Source: Acidobacteriota bacterium
GTDB taxonomy: Bacteria; Acidobacteriota; UBA6911; RPQK01; JAJDTT01
DNA: 64,000 nt
Direction of reading: 5' to 3'
Assembly (NCBI GenBank): GCA_965209055.1
Contig: OZ242374.1
Span: 2,592,001 to 2,656,000 of the forward strand
A program made the position numbers and the translations under genes. The notes beneath the pieces were generated by a model, which saw only the letters and a program-made list of their open reading frames with translations, searched no databases and was not told the origin of the DNA. Every line of letters starts with the position of its first letter. Within the stretch, counting starts at the first letter, position 1. Shown here one piece after another: positions 45,930 to 56,364 of the stretch.

Positions 45930-47984
45930 ATGAAGATCGGATGGAATTGGCTGCAGGACTACCTGGACCTCCAGGGAATGGATTCGGATCGGCTCTCGGA
46001 AGCTCTGGGCATGCTGGGTTTCCCCGTGGAGTCGGTGGATGAGACCGGGGACGGCCGGGTCCTGGAGCTGGAAGTGACGACGAACCGGCCTGATTGCCTG
46101 AATCACCTGGGCATCGCCCGGGAGGTGTCGGCCAGATTCGGACTGGAGCTCAGAGTTCCCGACCTTTCGGAGCCTCCGGGGAGAGTCGTCGCGAATCCCG
46201 GAGCACGGGTCTCCATTGAGGCGCCGGACCTGTGCCCAAGGTATGCGGCCCGGGTCATGTCGGGCGTCAAGATCGGCCCCTCCCCCGATTGGCTCAAGAG
46301 ACGGATCGAGTCGGTGGGGCAAAGACCCATCAACAATGTCGTCGACGTCACCAACTTCGTCCTCTACGAGTTGGGCCAACCCCTGCACGGGTTCGACCTG
46401 GACCGATTGAGCGAGCGAAGGATCATCGTCCGCCGAGCGGCGGAAGGGGAGCGCCTGGCCACGTTGGACGGAGAGGACAGGCGCCTCGACCCGTCCATGC
46501 TGGTCATTGCCGACGCCACTCGAGCCGTGGCTCTCGCCGGCATCATGGGAGGGATGGAAACGGAGATTTCCGGCGCGACCACCGATCTTCTTCTGGAGAG
46601 CGCCTACTTCGAGCCGTTGTCCGTCCGCCGCACCGCCAAGCGGTTGGGAATGCGAACCGATGCCTCCTACCGTTTCGAGCGGGGCGCCGACCCGGATATG
46701 GCGACCAAGGCCTTGAACCGGGCCTGCCGCATGATCCGGCAAATCGCCGGCGGCTCCTGCCGGGGGCCGGTGATCGACGAGTTTCCCCGGCCCATTCCCG
46801 CCCGGGAGATCCGGCTTCGAAGCGGCCGTTTGACCCAGGTGCTGGGTGTCTCGGTGGATCCGGATTTCGTCGAAGAGGTGCTGGGCCGCCTGGGTTTCGA
46901 ACCGGAGCCGCAGGATGAGGGCTCCTGGAGGATTCGTGTGCCCAGCTTCCGGGCGGACGTGGCCCTCGAGGACGACCTGGTCGAGGAGGTCGCACGCGAA
47001 TATGGCTATGAGCGGCTTCCGACCACCTATCCCGCCGCCGCGGCGGTCGGAAAGTTCTCCGAGTCGGAAGGTCATAAGAGGCGGGTATCGTCCTCGCTGG
47101 AGTCCTGTGGATTCTATGAAGCAATGAACTACGCCTTCACCAATCCGGGCAGGGAGGAGATCTTTCTGGGCCGGCGGACGCCGCTGGTTCCCATTGCCAA
47201 CCCACTGTCCGAGGAACATACGCATCTGCGAAGCACGCTCCTTCCGGGACTGGCGGAATCGATTCGGCACAATCTGAATTTCGGCAACAGGAGCGTCCGT
47301 CTCTTCGAGACCGGGAAGGTCTTCTTTCGGAGAGGCGATGACCCCGAGCAAGCGCAGGAGGAGCCGTATCTGGGGCTGGCGGCAACCGGGTCGGCCCATG
47401 GTCCGTTCTGGAGCGGTGCTTCCGAGCCTTTCGGGTTTCATCACCTGAAGGGGGTTCTTCAAATGCTGTTCCGGAAATTCGGCTTCGAGGTCGAATACCG
47501 CGCGGCCGCCGGGCTCCCGTTTCTTCATCCCGGTATCTCCGCTGAGATCCTGCGGGAGGGACGCCGCCTCGGCGTCTTGGGAAGACTTCACCCCCGGCTC
47601 CATGCCCACTACAAGTTCTCTCAGGACGTGCTGGTGGCGGAGCTCCGGTTGGACGAGTTGTACGGCCGGAACCTCGAGGACCCGGCGTATCGGGTGTTGA
47701 CGCGGTTTCCGTCGGTGGAGCACGACTTTTCGTTTCTCGTTGACAAGAGTGTGAGTTTCGCTACACTGATAAACGCCATTCGGGGCTTGAGCATCCCGGA
47801 GCTTCGGGATATCAGGCTCATTGATCTCTATCGCGGCTCGAGTGTTCCCAAAGATAAGGTTGGCTTGACTCTGCGTCTGACCTTCGCCGATGCGGAGAGG
47901 ACGCTGACTCTGCCTGAGGTCAAGCACCTTAGTGAACGGGTTTTTTCCTTTATGCGCCGGGAATTGGGCGTGGAAGGGCGTTAG
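45930..47984 (+). CDS. pheT: Phenylalanine--tRNA ligase beta subunit, short form
   Basis: NRPDCL...GIARE, INNVVDVTN, GQPLH.FD, RTDAS.RFERG.D, DLVEEVAR.YGY, FDX-ACB C-terminus. Confidence 0.96.
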   Translation: MKIGWNWLQDYLDLQGMDSDRLSEALGMLGFPVESVDETGDGRVLELEVTTNRPDCLNHLGIAREVSARFGLELRVPDLSEPPGRVVANPGARVSIEAPDLCPRYAARVMSGVKIGPSPDWLKRRIESVGQRPINNVVDVTNFVLYELGQPLHGFDLDRLSERRIIVRRAAEGERLATLDGEDRRLDPSMLVIADATRAVALAGIMGGMETEISGATTDLLLESAYFEPLSVRRTAKRLGMRTDASYRFERGADPDMATKALNRACRMIRQIAGGSCRGPVIDEFPRPIPAREIRLRSGRLTQVLGVSVDPDFVEEVLGRLGFEPEPQDEGSWRIRVPSFRADVALEDDLVEEVAREYGYERLPTTYPAAAAVGKFSESEGHKRRVSSSLESCGFYEAMNYAFTNPGREEIFLGRRTPLVPIANPLSEEHTHLRSTLLPGLAESIRHNLNFGNRSVRLFETGKVFFRRGDDPEQAQEEPYLGLAATGSAHGPFWSGASEPFGFHHLKGVLQMLFRKFGFEVEYRAAAGLPFLHPGISAEILREGRRLGVLGRLHPRLHAHYKFSQDVLVAELRLDELYGRNLEDPAYRVLTRFPSVEHDFSFLVDKSVSFATLINAIRGLSIPELRDIRLIDLYRGSSVPKDKVGLTLRLTFADAERTLTLPEVKHLSERVFSFMRRELGVEGR

Positions 47985-48007
47985 CGGCGAGTTCTGGAGC
48001 CGGACAC

Positions 48008-48265
48008 GTGGATGTCGACCGGGCTTGGCGGGACCTGGAAGTCTCAACCGACGAGGTGGTGAGACTCCTGGTGCGCCTGCGGAATGAGAACGCTTCGCTC
48101 CTGGAGAAAATCGATCAGCTAAACCGAGAATTGGAGGAGCTGGGTAGAGACAACCAGATCAGGAATGGGGCGGTCGAGCGTCTGCGAAGCGACGTGAAAT
48201 CGCGAGTGGAAAGCATCATGGAAAAGGTGTCCACCTTGGAGCAGCATCACCCCTACGGGATGTAG
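48008..48265 (+). CDS. ZapB-like coiled-coil protein
   Basis: Heptad pattern, LR.EN..L, VKSRVE.I..KV; directly upstream of zapA. Confidence 0.65.
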   Translation: MDVDRAWRDLEVSTDEVVRLLVRLRNENASLLEKIDQLNRELEELGRDNQIRNGAVERLRSDVKSRVESIMEKVSTLEQHHPYGM

Positions 48266-48284
48266 GAAAGACCAGGCAGCCGTC

Positions 48285-48587
48285 ATGGATCAGAGCGTCA
48301 GTGTCAAGATCTTTCACCGTACGTATCGTCTTCGGAGCCGAGGTGATGCCCAACACGTCCGGGACCTGGCGGACTACGTGGACCGCCACATGGTCCGGAT
48401 CTCCGACCGGACGCCGACGGTAGACACGCTCAGGGTCGCCATTTTGGCCGCGTTGAGCATTGCCGACGAGTGCCTTTCCGCCCAAAGGCGGCTAGAAAGA
48501 GTTGAAGCGACGGTCTGCCGCAAGAGCGGAGAATTGAACGAGCTCTTGAGGTCAGCGCTGAGTCCTGAGGGTTCCGAACGGACCTGA
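48285..48587 (+). CDS. zapA: Cell division protein ZapA
   Basis: V.V.IF.R.Y.L, LADYVD..M, RVAILAAL.IADE. Confidence 0.92.
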   Translation: MDQSVSVKIFHRTYRLRSRGDAQHVRDLADYVDRHMVRISDRTPTVDTLRVAILAALSIADECLSAQRRLERVEATVCRKSGELNELLRSALSPEGSERT

Positions 48588-48607
48588 GTGGACAGGAATG
48601 TAAGCCC

Positions 48608-48782
48608 GGCCCCTGCGATGCGCGTGATGGTTTGTGAGATTTGAGTCAACACTTATGAATCGGGAGCCTGAGTCCGGACGTCATGAGTTTCTCCGGGATC
48701 GGTGAAACCTGAGGCCGACGGCAGGGCACCCACCTGTTTTCAACAGGTTCAATCTCACGTTCCACACGGCAGAGCGGGGGTG
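48608..48782 (+). ncRNA. ssrS: 6S RNA (ends approximate)
   Basis: Between zapA and rny; 5' CCCCTGC..CGTG..GTGAGATTTGAGTC pairs with 3' GGTTCAATCTCAC..CACG..GCGGGGG, with a central bubble and GGGAGC/GCACCCACC inner stem. Confidence 0.85.
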
Positions 48783-48850
48783 ATCCATCGCGTGCGCATC
48801 GTCCCGTCCCGCATCGGTTGCTCACCCTGGCTCCAGCAGGAGCGCATGAC

Positions 48851-50419
48851 ATGGACCAGCTATCCGGAATCATTCTGGTTCTACTGGCCGTGGTCCCGGT
48901 GGCCGCGATCGGAGGGTGGTATCTCCTCAAGACTCGCGTGGTTGACCGGCGGCTGCGAGACGCGGAACGAAACGCCCGCAGGATCGAGGAGAATGCCGCC
49001 AGGGAAGGGGAACGGATCCGCAAGGAGAGTCTCCTCGAGGCCAAGGACCAGGTCTTCAAGTGGCGCACCGAGGCGGAGCGGGAGCTTCAGGAGCGCCGGC
49101 AGCAGCGCCAAGCGGTGGAACGCCGCCTGTCCCGGCGGGAAGAAGACCTGGAGCGGCGGGACCGGCAGTTGCGCCGTCGCAATCGGGATTTCGAACAGCG
49201 TGTCCGGAAGCACCAGGGGCGCGAGAGCCGGCTGGAAGAGCAGCGGAAGAGAGTTGGCGAACTGGAGCAGGAGTGCCTCGATCGGCTGGAAGCAGCCGCG
49301 GGCATGAGCATCGAGGAGGCCAAGCAATCTCTGCTCACGTCGGTGGAATCCGAGGCCATGAAAGAGGCCGTGGTCCTGGTCAAAAACGTGGAAGACGAGG
49401 CTCGCCGGAAGGCGGATCAAGAGGCGAGGAAGATCATCACCCAAGCCATCCAGCGTTGTGCGGCCGAACACGTGGTCGCCACTACCGTATCCGCCGTGGA
49501 CCTCCCCGCCGAGGACATGAAGGGCCGCATCATCGGAAGAGAGGGGCGGAACATACGAGCCTTGGAGCAGGCCACCGGGGTCGAGTTGATCGTCGACGAT
49601 ACGCCCGAGGCCGTTATCCTCTCGGCCTTCGATCCCTATCGCAGGGCGGTCGCCAAGATCGCCATCGAGCGGCTGATCCAGGACGGCCGTATCCACCCGG
49701 CCCGCATCGAGGAGGTGGTCGCCCAAGTCGAACGGGACATGGAAAAACACCTGCTCCACGAGGGGGAGCAGGTGGTCTTCGAGTTGGGAATCCACAACAT
49801 GGATCCGGAGTTGGTTCAGTTGCTGGGACGGCTCAAGTACCGGACCAGCTACGGACAGAACGTGCTCAACCACAGTCGCGAGGTGGCCTATCTTGCCGGC
49901 ATCATGGCCCGCGAGCTGGGAGCCGACGTCGAGGTCTGCAAGCGCGCCGGGCTGCTGCATGACGTTGGCAAGTCCATCGACCGGGACGTGGAACGAACTC
50001 ACCTGCAGCTTGGCGTGGAGGTCGCCAAGAAGTGCGGAGAGAGTCCCGAAGTGGTCCACGCCATTGAGGCCCATCATTTCGACGTCGAGTTCGGCACCCT
50101 GGAAGCCATGCTGGTGCAGGCTGCCGACGCCGTATCCGCGGCCCGGCCCGGAGCGCGCCGGGAGATGCTCGAGAACTACATCAAGCGGCTGGAAGACCTG
50201 GAGGCCATCGCCAATTCCTTCAAGGGCGTGTCCAAAGCCTATGCCCTGCAGGCCGGCAGGGAGGTCCGCATCATCGTCGAGAGCAGCGAAGTGTCCGATG
50301 AACAGACTTTCTGGCTCACCAAGGACATCGCTCGGCGGATCGAGGGTGAAGTCCAGTATCCGGGTCAGGTCAAGGTGACGGTCATCCGGGAGATGAGGGT
50401 GGTGGACTACGCCCGGTGA
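48851..50419 (+). CDS. rny: Ribonuclease Y
   Basis: N-terminal TM, coiled coil, MKGRIIGREGRNIR (KH), RTSYGQN, GLLHDVGK (HD), ADAVSAARPGAR. Confidence 0.97.
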   Translation: MDQLSGIILVLLAVVPVAAIGGWYLLKTRVVDRRLRDAERNARRIEENAAREGERIRKESLLEAKDQVFKWRTEAERELQERRQQRQAVERRLSRREEDLERRDRQLRRRNRDFEQRVRKHQGRESRLEEQRKRVGELEQECLDRLEAAAGMSIEEAKQSLLTSVESEAMKEAVVLVKNVEDEARRKADQEARKIITQAIQRCAAEHVVATTVSAVDLPAEDMKGRIIGREGRNIRALEQATGVELIVDDTPEAVILSAFDPYRRAVAKIAIERLIQDGRIHPARIEEVVAQVERDMEKHLLHEGEQVVFELGIHNMDPELVQLLGRLKYRTSYGQNVLNHSREVAYLAGIMARELGADVEVCKRAGLLHDVGKSIDRDVERTHLQLGVEVAKKCGESPEVVHAIEAHHFDVEFGTLEAMLVQAADAVSAARPGARREMLENYIKRLEDLEAIANSFKGVSKAYALQAGREVRIIVESSEVSDEQTFWLTKDIARRIEGEVQYPGQVKVTVIREMRVVDYAR

Positions 50420-50467
50420 GTTCTTCTCCGTCCCCGGCATCGACTTTTCCGGAAAGCGAGTTTCCAC

Positions 50468-51268
50468 ATGAAGGTTCTTTTTGTGGGAGATATCGTGGGC
50501 AGGCGGGGCCGCAAGGTCGTTCGCCGCATGATCCCGGCTCTTCGCCGCAAGAACGACATCGACCTGATCATAGCCAACGTGGAGAACTCCGCCGGTGGAT
50601 TCGGCATCACTCCGCGCGTCGCTCGCGAGATCCTGGCCATGGGCGTGGACGTCATGACTTCGGGCAACCATATTTGGGACAAGAAGGAAGTCCTGCAGTG
50701 CATTGATGACGAACCCAGGTTGCTGCGTCCGCACAACTATCCTCCCGGAGTCCCGGGACGCGGGGCCTATCAGGGCGTCACGGACCAGGGCGTTCGGTAT
50801 GGGGTTCTGAACCTGCAGGGCCGGGTCTTCATGCCCAACATCGATTGTCCCTTCCGTTGCGCCGAGGAGCAGGTCTCTCGGCTCCGCAAGCGAACGCAGG
50901 TTCTGATCGTCGATTTTCACGCCGAGGCCACGTCTGAGAAGCTGGCCCTGGGATGGTCCTTGGACGGCAAGGTTTCGGCCGTCCTGGGGACTCACACCCA
51001 CGTTCCCACGGCGGACACGCGGCTGCTCCCGAAGGGAACGGCCTATGTCTCCGACGTGGGAATGACCGGCTGCTACGACTCGGTCATCGGGGTGAGCGTG
51101 CAGACGGCATTGCCGCGGTTTCTGACGGCGATGCCCACGCGTTTCGCGGGGGCGACCGGATTGGCCAGCCTGGCTTCGGTCCTGCTGGACATCGACGAGG
51201 CGACCGGATTGGCCCGGTCCATCGAGAGGATCGGTCCCGACCTGCCCACAGGTTGCTCCGGCGGCTAG
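50468..51268 (+). CDS. ymdB: YmdB-family (TIGR00282) metallophosphoesterase
   Basis: GDIVG..GR, N.ENSAGG.G, TSGNH.WD, DFHAEATSEK, GTHTHV.TAD. Confidence 0.93.
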   Translation: MKVLFVGDIVGRRGRKVVRRMIPALRRKNDIDLIIANVENSAGGFGITPRVAREILAMGVDVMTSGNHIWDKKEVLQCIDDEPRLLRPHNYPPGVPGRGAYQGVTDQGVRYGVLNLQGRVFMPNIDCPFRCAEEQVSRLRKRTQVLIVDFHAEATSEKLALGWSLDGKVSAVLGTHTHVPTADTRLLPKGTAYVSDVGMTGCYDSVIGVSVQTALPRFLTAMPTRFAGATGLASLASVLLDIDEATGLARSIERIGPDLPTGCSGG

Positions 51269-51302
51269 GCGGAGAGGGATTCCGGCGGACGAGGACTTCG
51301 AA

Positions 51303-54122
51303 TCAAGCCCGTTCCAGGGCCTGTCTCAGAAATCGCCCGGTATAGGATCCGTCGGTGCGGGCGATGGTCTCGGGGGTTCCCTCCGCCACCAGGTGCCCGC
51401 CCTTGTCCCCTCCCTCGGGACCGAGGTCGATGACCCAGTCGGCGCTGCGGATCACGTCCATGTTGTGCTCGATAATCACGACGGTGGCCTGTTTCGAGAT
51501 CAACCGGTCCAGAGCTCGCAGGAGCTTCTGGATGTCGTCGAAGTGGAGTCCGGTGGTCGGCTCGTCCAGGATGAAGATCGAATCGGACCGGGTGGACTTG
51601 GCCAGGTAGGAAGCCAGCTTGATCCGTTGCGCCTCCCCTCCGGAGAGAGTGGTGGAGGGTTGGCCCAGTTTTACGTATCCGAGGCCCACGTCTTCCAGCA
51701 CCTTGAGCTTTTTTGAAAGGCGGGGAAACGGCCGGAAAAACTCCAGAGCCTCAGTCACGGTCAGGCCGAGCACTTCGGCGATGTTCTTGCCCCGGTAGCC
51801 GATTTCCAGAATCGTGGACTTGTATCGCGTCCCGCGGCAGTCTTCACAGGTCAGCTCCACGTCGGCCAGGAACTGCATGTTCACCGTTGAGAAGCCCACT
51901 CCGTCACAGGTCTCGCAACGGCCTCCCGGTATGTTGAAGGAGAAGTGGCCGGGACGGAGGTTCTGCCGCTGCGAAGCCCGCTGCGACGCGAAGATCTGGC
52001 GAATCTCGTCGAACGCTTTGAGATAGGTGACGGGGTTGGAGCGCGGCGATTTCCCGATGGGCGACTGGTCCACCAGGAGGATCTCCTCCACCAGTTCGGC
52101 GCCTTCGATGCGGTCGAACTTTCCCACCTCGCCCTTCCATTGAGACTTCTGTTTCTTGAGGCCGGCGTAGATCACGTCCCCCACCAGGGTCGATTTTCCG
52201 GACCCTGAGACTCCCGTGATGCAGACCATCAGTCCCAGGGGCAGGCGCACATCCAAATTTTTCAGATTGTGCTGGCGGGCTCCACGGACGGTCACGAACC
52301 GGTCGCCGCAGGAACGCCGGTAGAACGGTGTGGGGACCCGGCGCTCGCCGCGGAGGTACTGCGCCGTCAGGGAGTCGGCGGCGGTCCGCAGGGAGTCCAC
52401 GCCGCCGCTGTAGACCACGTGTCCGCCATGCTCCCCCGGCCCCGGGCCCAGGTCCACCACCTGATCCGCCGATTCGATCATTTCCCGTTCGTGCTCGACC
52501 ACCACGATGGTGTTGCCCAGATCCCGCAGATTTCTCAGGATGGAGATGAGGCGCCGCGTGTCTCTGGGATGGAGTCCCACGGAGGGTTCATCCAGCACGT
52601 AGAGGGTTCCGGTCAGGGACGAACCCAAGGCGGCGGCCAACTGGATCCGCTGCATTTCTCCTCCGCTCAGGGTGCTGGTGATGCGGTCCAGGGTCAGATA
52701 GTCGAGTCCCACCTTCATCAGAAAGTCGAGGCGTTGCCGGATCTCTCGGAGCAGGGAATCCGCCACTGCCCGCTGGCTCTCATTCAGGCGGAGCCGGCGA
52801 AAGAATTTCTGGATTTCCTGAATCGGCATGGAGGTGAGCCGGGAGATGCGGCGCCCTCCCAGTTGAACGTCCCTCGCCTCCTGGCAGAGGCGTTCTCCCG
52901 AACAGTCGGGGCACCGGGTGTATCCCCGGTATCGGCTGATCAGGATCCGGATGTGCATCTTGTACTTCTTCCGTTCCAGGTAGGCGAAAAACCCCTTGAC
53001 TCCGGGAAAGCCGTCGCTTCCGTCCCAGATCCGGCGCCGAACCGTCTCGGAGAGGTCCTGGTAGGGGACGTCCAACGGGATGCCCTCTCGAAGCGCGTAC
53101 TCCTGCAGCTTCCGGCCGAATCTTCGATAGCGCGGCTTGTTGAAGGGGTCTACGGGTCCCTCGGCCAGCGTCCTCGCCGGGTCCGGGATGATGAGGTCCG
53201 GATCCAGGGTGATGGTGCTCCCGAAGCCATGGCAGGTTGGACAGGCCCCATAGGGATTGTTGAAGGAGAAGAGCCGGGGTTCCGGAACCCGGTAGGAGAT
53301 CCGGCAGTACTGGCACTCCAACCGTTGGGTGAACTCCAGTTCCCGGTCGGCGCTCCGGCCGTCATTGGAAAGGATCGAGATCCGGGCAGCCCCTCCACCC
53401 TGGTGAAAACAGGTCTCCAGGGAATCGCGCAATCGCTGGCGCGCAGTGTCCCGGACCACAACTCGATCGACCAGGACCCGGGCGTTCGAAAGATCTGTGG
53501 CCAGCAGTCCGTCCTGGACCTGGACCACCCGGAGGCGTCCCGCGTCTTCCAGCACGAGGCGATGAAACCCCTGCTTCATCAGGGGGCCGGCCAGTTCCGT
53601 CAAGGGCGCGCCCGGTTCCGGCTGCAGGATCGACCCGGACAAGGAAAAACAGAGAAACAGCCGGGTCCCTTCCGGTAGCCGAAGCAACTGGAGGACCACC
53701 TGTTCCACGGTGTCGCGTTTCACCTGGCGGCCGCATCCGCGGCAGACCAGAGTGCCGATCCGGGCATAGACGAGACGCAGATGGTCGTAGATCTCGGTGA
53801 CGGTTCCCACCGTCGATCTGGGGTTTCGGGAGACCGTCTTCTGCCGTATGGCGATGGCGGGACTGAGCCCGTCGATCTTCCGGACCAAGGGTTTGCGGAT
53901 CCGTTCCAGGAACTGGCGGGCGTACGCCGACAGAGACTCCACGTAGCGGCGCTGGCCCTCGGCATACAAGGTGTCGAATGCCAGCGAAGACTTGCCCGAT
54001 CCGCTGACTCCGGTAATCACCGTGAGCCGGTTGATGGGGATCCGAAGATCGATGTTCTTCAGATTGTTCTGGCGCGCACCCGCAATTCGGATCCAGGCGC
54101 CGTCGTGGTCTTCGCCATTCAT
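51303..54122 (-). CDS. uvrA: Excinuclease ABC subunit A
   Basis: GARQNNLKN, TGVSGSGKSSLAFDTLYAEGQRRYVESLS, two ABC modules, zinc fingers, LSGGEAQRIKLA. Confidence 0.97.
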   Translation of the reverse strand: MNGEDHDGAWIRIAGARQNNLKNIDLRIPINRLTVITGVSGSGKSSLAFDTLYAEGQRRYVESLSAYARQFLERIRKPLVRKIDGLSPAIAIRQKTVSRNPRSTVGTVTEIYDHLRLVYARIGTLVCRGCGRQVKRDTVEQVVLQLLRLPEGTRLFLCFSLSGSILQPEPGAPLTELAGPLMKQGFHRLVLEDAGRLRVVQVQDGLLATDLSNARVLVDRVVVRDTARQRLRDSLETCFHQGGGAARISILSNDGRSADRELEFTQRLECQYCRISYRVPEPRLFSFNNPYGACPTCHGFGSTITLDPDLIIPDPARTLAEGPVDPFNKPRYRRFGRKLQEYALREGIPLDVPYQDLSETVRRRIWDGSDGFPGVKGFFAYLERKKYKMHIRILISRYRGYTRCPDCSGERLCQEARDVQLGGRRISRLTSMPIQEIQKFFRRLRLNESQRAVADSLLREIRQRLDFLMKVGLDYLTLDRITSTLSGGEMQRIQLAAALGSSLTGTLYVLDEPSVGLHPRDTRRLISILRNLRDLGNTIVVVEHEREMIESADQVVDLGPGPGEHGGHVVYSGGVDSLRTAADSLTAQYLRGERRVPTPFYRRSCGDRFVTVRGARQHNLKNLDVRLPLGLMVCITGVSGSGKSTLVGDVIYAGLKKQKSQWKGEVGKFDRIEGAELVEEILLVDQSPIGKSPRSNPVTYLKAFDEIRQIFASQRASQRQNLRPGHFSFNIPGGRCETCDGVGFSTVNMQFLADVELTCEDCRGTRYKSTILEIGYRGKNIAEVLGLTVTEALEFFRPFPRLSKKLKVLEDVGLGYVKLGQPSTTLSGGEAQRIKLASYLAKSTRSDSIFILDEPTTGLHFDDIQKLLRALDRLISKQATVVIIEHNMDVIRSADWVIDLGPEGGDKGGHLVAEGTPETIARTDGSYTGRFLRQALERA

Positions 54123-54226
54123 TGAAACACGCCAGTCTATCATCGAATGGGAACAGGATTTGCGACTTGAAGATTCTGGTCCGCAAATTGAAATTCGGCC
54201 CCTTCGGCCCATGATATAGTGACCTC

Positions 54227-55195
54227 ATGAGAATCACTTCGGTCTTTCCGGGGGCGGCTCTTCCGGCGGGAATCGTCCGGATCGAGCTCGATTCTTCGGA
54301 CAACGTTCCGGCCCGTTCCGTTGACGTGGGCGGAGCGGATGCCTCCATCATGGGCGCTTCGCCCCGGGCGCTGACCGTCCGCATCCCCGAAACCGCCGGA
54401 CATGGGATCGCGGTTCACAATCACGCCGTGGCCCGGGCGGAGCTGAACGTGGGCCGCGCCATCGCCTCGGATCTGCAGCCGGTTTCCAATCCGGTGGTGG
54501 ACACTTTCGGGAACGTTTACGTGACCTACAGCGGGACTCGCGGGGAGAAGGTTCCATTCAGCGTTTTCGTCGTCTACACCGACGGCAGCAAGCACCCCTT
54601 TCTGGCGGACATCGTCAATCCGACCGGTCTGGCCATCGGTCCCGACGACTACCTCTACATCAGCAGCCGGCATACCGGGTCCATCTATCGATCGACGTTC
54701 GACCGCCAGGTGGAAAAATTTGCCGAGGGGTTGGGGTTGGCGTCCGGGCTGGTCTTTTCCCCCGCCGGCGACCTCTATGTGGGTGACCGGAGTGGATTCA
54801 TCTACAGGATCTCGCCGAATCGGGAAACCTCGGTGGTGTGTGAGTTGGAGCCGAGCGTCTCCGCCTACCACCTGGCGTGGGGTCCCGACGACCGGCTCTA
54901 CGTCACCGGTCCGACTCTGGCCACACAGGACTGTGTGTACCGGGTCTCGACCGAGGGAGATGTGGAGGTCTTCTTCAAGGGCGTGGGGAGACCCCAGGGT
55001 CTGGCGTTCGACGCCGCCGGCACCCTTCATATCGCCGCTTCGTACCGGGGCAGAAGGGGCCTCTTCTCGGTGGACCGGGAGGAAGCCCGCCTGGTCGTTT
55101 CCGGTCCCATGCTGGTGGGTCTCGCATACAGTGGCGACGGACGACTGCTCTACCTGGTGGACGGATCGCACCTGTACCAGATCGAGCTGAGTTGA
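54227..55195 (+). CDS. Beta-propeller protein (SMP-30/gluconolactonase/NHL-like) with N-terminal IPT/TIG-like segment
   Basis: Repeated P.GLA..PD/G.LYV blades. Confidence 0.75.
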   Translation: MRITSVFPGAALPAGIVRIELDSSDNVPARSVDVGGADASIMGASPRALTVRIPETAGHGIAVHNHAVARAELNVGRAIASDLQPVSNPVVDTFGNVYVTYSGTRGEKVPFSVFVVYTDGSKHPFLADIVNPTGLAIGPDDYLYISSRHTGSIYRSTFDRQVEKFAEGLGLASGLVFSPAGDLYVGDRSGFIYRISPNRETSVVCELEPSVSAYHLAWGPDDRLYVTGPTLATQDCVYRVSTEGDVEVFFKGVGRPQGLAFDAAGTLHIAASYRGRRGLFSVDREEARLVVSGPMLVGLAYSGDGRLLYLVDGSHLYQIELS

Positions 55196-56364
55196 GCCGG
55201 TCCCGTCCCTCTCTACAGAACTCTTTCCGGGTCGAGCGGAAGGACCCCTGCAGCCACGCCCGGTGCGGTGTGTTGGAGACCGCTCACGGCGCGGTCGAGA
55301 CCCCGGTGTTCATGCCGGTGGGAACCGCGGCCACGGTCAAGGCCATGTCCCCGGATGTCCTGGAGGAGCTTGGGGCCGGGATCATCCTCGCCAATGCGTA
55401 TCATCTTTACCTGCGTCCCGGCGAGGCCGTGGTCGGGAAGATGGCGGGTTTGCACCGCTACATGTCGTGGAATCGCGGCATTCTGACCGACAGCGGCGGG
55501 TACCAGGTCTTCAGCCACCGGAGGCTCAGGACCATTCGGGAGGATGGCGTCGAGTTCCGCTCCCACCTGGACGGAAGCCCCCATTTTCTGAGTCCGGAGG
55601 ATGTGGTCCGGATCCAGGAGACTCTGGGTTCCGACATCGCCATGGTCCTGGACGAGTGCACGCCCTATCCCGTGGACCGGGAGCGGGCGCGGAGTTCCAT
55701 GGACCGTTCGATGCGCTGGGCGCGCCGTTCGAAAGACAGGCACCGGGACCGCGGGCAGATGCTCTTCGGCATCGTGCAGGGAGGCATGTATCCCGACCTT
55801 CGCCGGGAGAGTCTCGAGCGGCTCGCGGAGATGGACTTTCAGGGGCTGGCGCTGGGAGGGTTCAGCGTCGGCGAACCGAAACCGCTCATGTATGACCTGG
55901 TCCAGGAGCTGGGCCCGCGCATGCCGGCGATCCTGCCGCGCTACCTGATGGGCGTGGGAACCCCTCTGGATCTTCTTTTTTGCGTCCGGCAGGGAATCGA
56001 CATGTTCGATTGCGTGCTGCCGACGCGGAACGCCCGCAACGGCACACTCTTCACCTCCCGGGGACGGCTCAACATCAGGAACGCGGCCTACCGGACCCAG
56101 GAGGAGGCGTTGGACCCCGATTGCGCGTGCCGGGTCTGCCGGCGTTTCAGCCGAGCCTACCTGAGGCATCTGCACGTCGCCGGAGAGATCCTTTCCCTAG
56201 TCTTGAACACCTACCACAACCTCTACTTTTACCTTGACTTGATGCGCAAAATCCGCCAGAGTATCGCGTCCGGAACGCTCCTGGAATTGGAGAATCACTA
56301 CCGGGTTCAGTACCGTGCGGCAAAGCGCGGGGATGGACCCTCTGAGGCAGACAAACAATCATGA
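55192..56364 (+). CDS. tgt: tRNA-guanine transglycosylase
   Basis: TPVFMPVGT, ILANAYHL, LTDSGGYQV, LDEC, GIVQGG, YLMGVG, DMFDCVLPTRNARNG, CxCxxC..H; TTG start overlaps upstream stop. Confidence 0.96.
   Translation: MSRSRPSLQNSFRVERKDPCSHARCGVLETAHGAVETPVFMPVGTAATVKAMSPDVLEELGAGIILANAYHLYLRPGEAVVGKMAGLHRYMSWNRGILTDSGGYQVFSHRRLRTIREDGVEFRSHLDGSPHFLSPEDVVRIQETLGSDIAMVLDECTPYPVDRERARSSMDRSMRWARRSKDRHRDRGQMLFGIVQGGMYPDLRRESLERLAEMDFQGLALGGFSVGEPKPLMYDLVQELGPRMPAILPRYLMGVGTPLDLLFCVRQGIDMFDCVLPTRNARNGTLFTSRGRLNIRNAAYRTQEEALDPDCACRVCRRFSRAYLRHLHVAGEILSLVLNTYHNLYFYLDLMRKIRQSIASGTLLELENHYRVQYRAAKRGDGPSEADKQS

Noticed and set aside
54123-54226. SOS/LexA box upstream of uvrA
   Set aside because: Only a widely spaced ATTTGCG/CGCAAAT dyad is visible; it matches no LexA consensus I can support.
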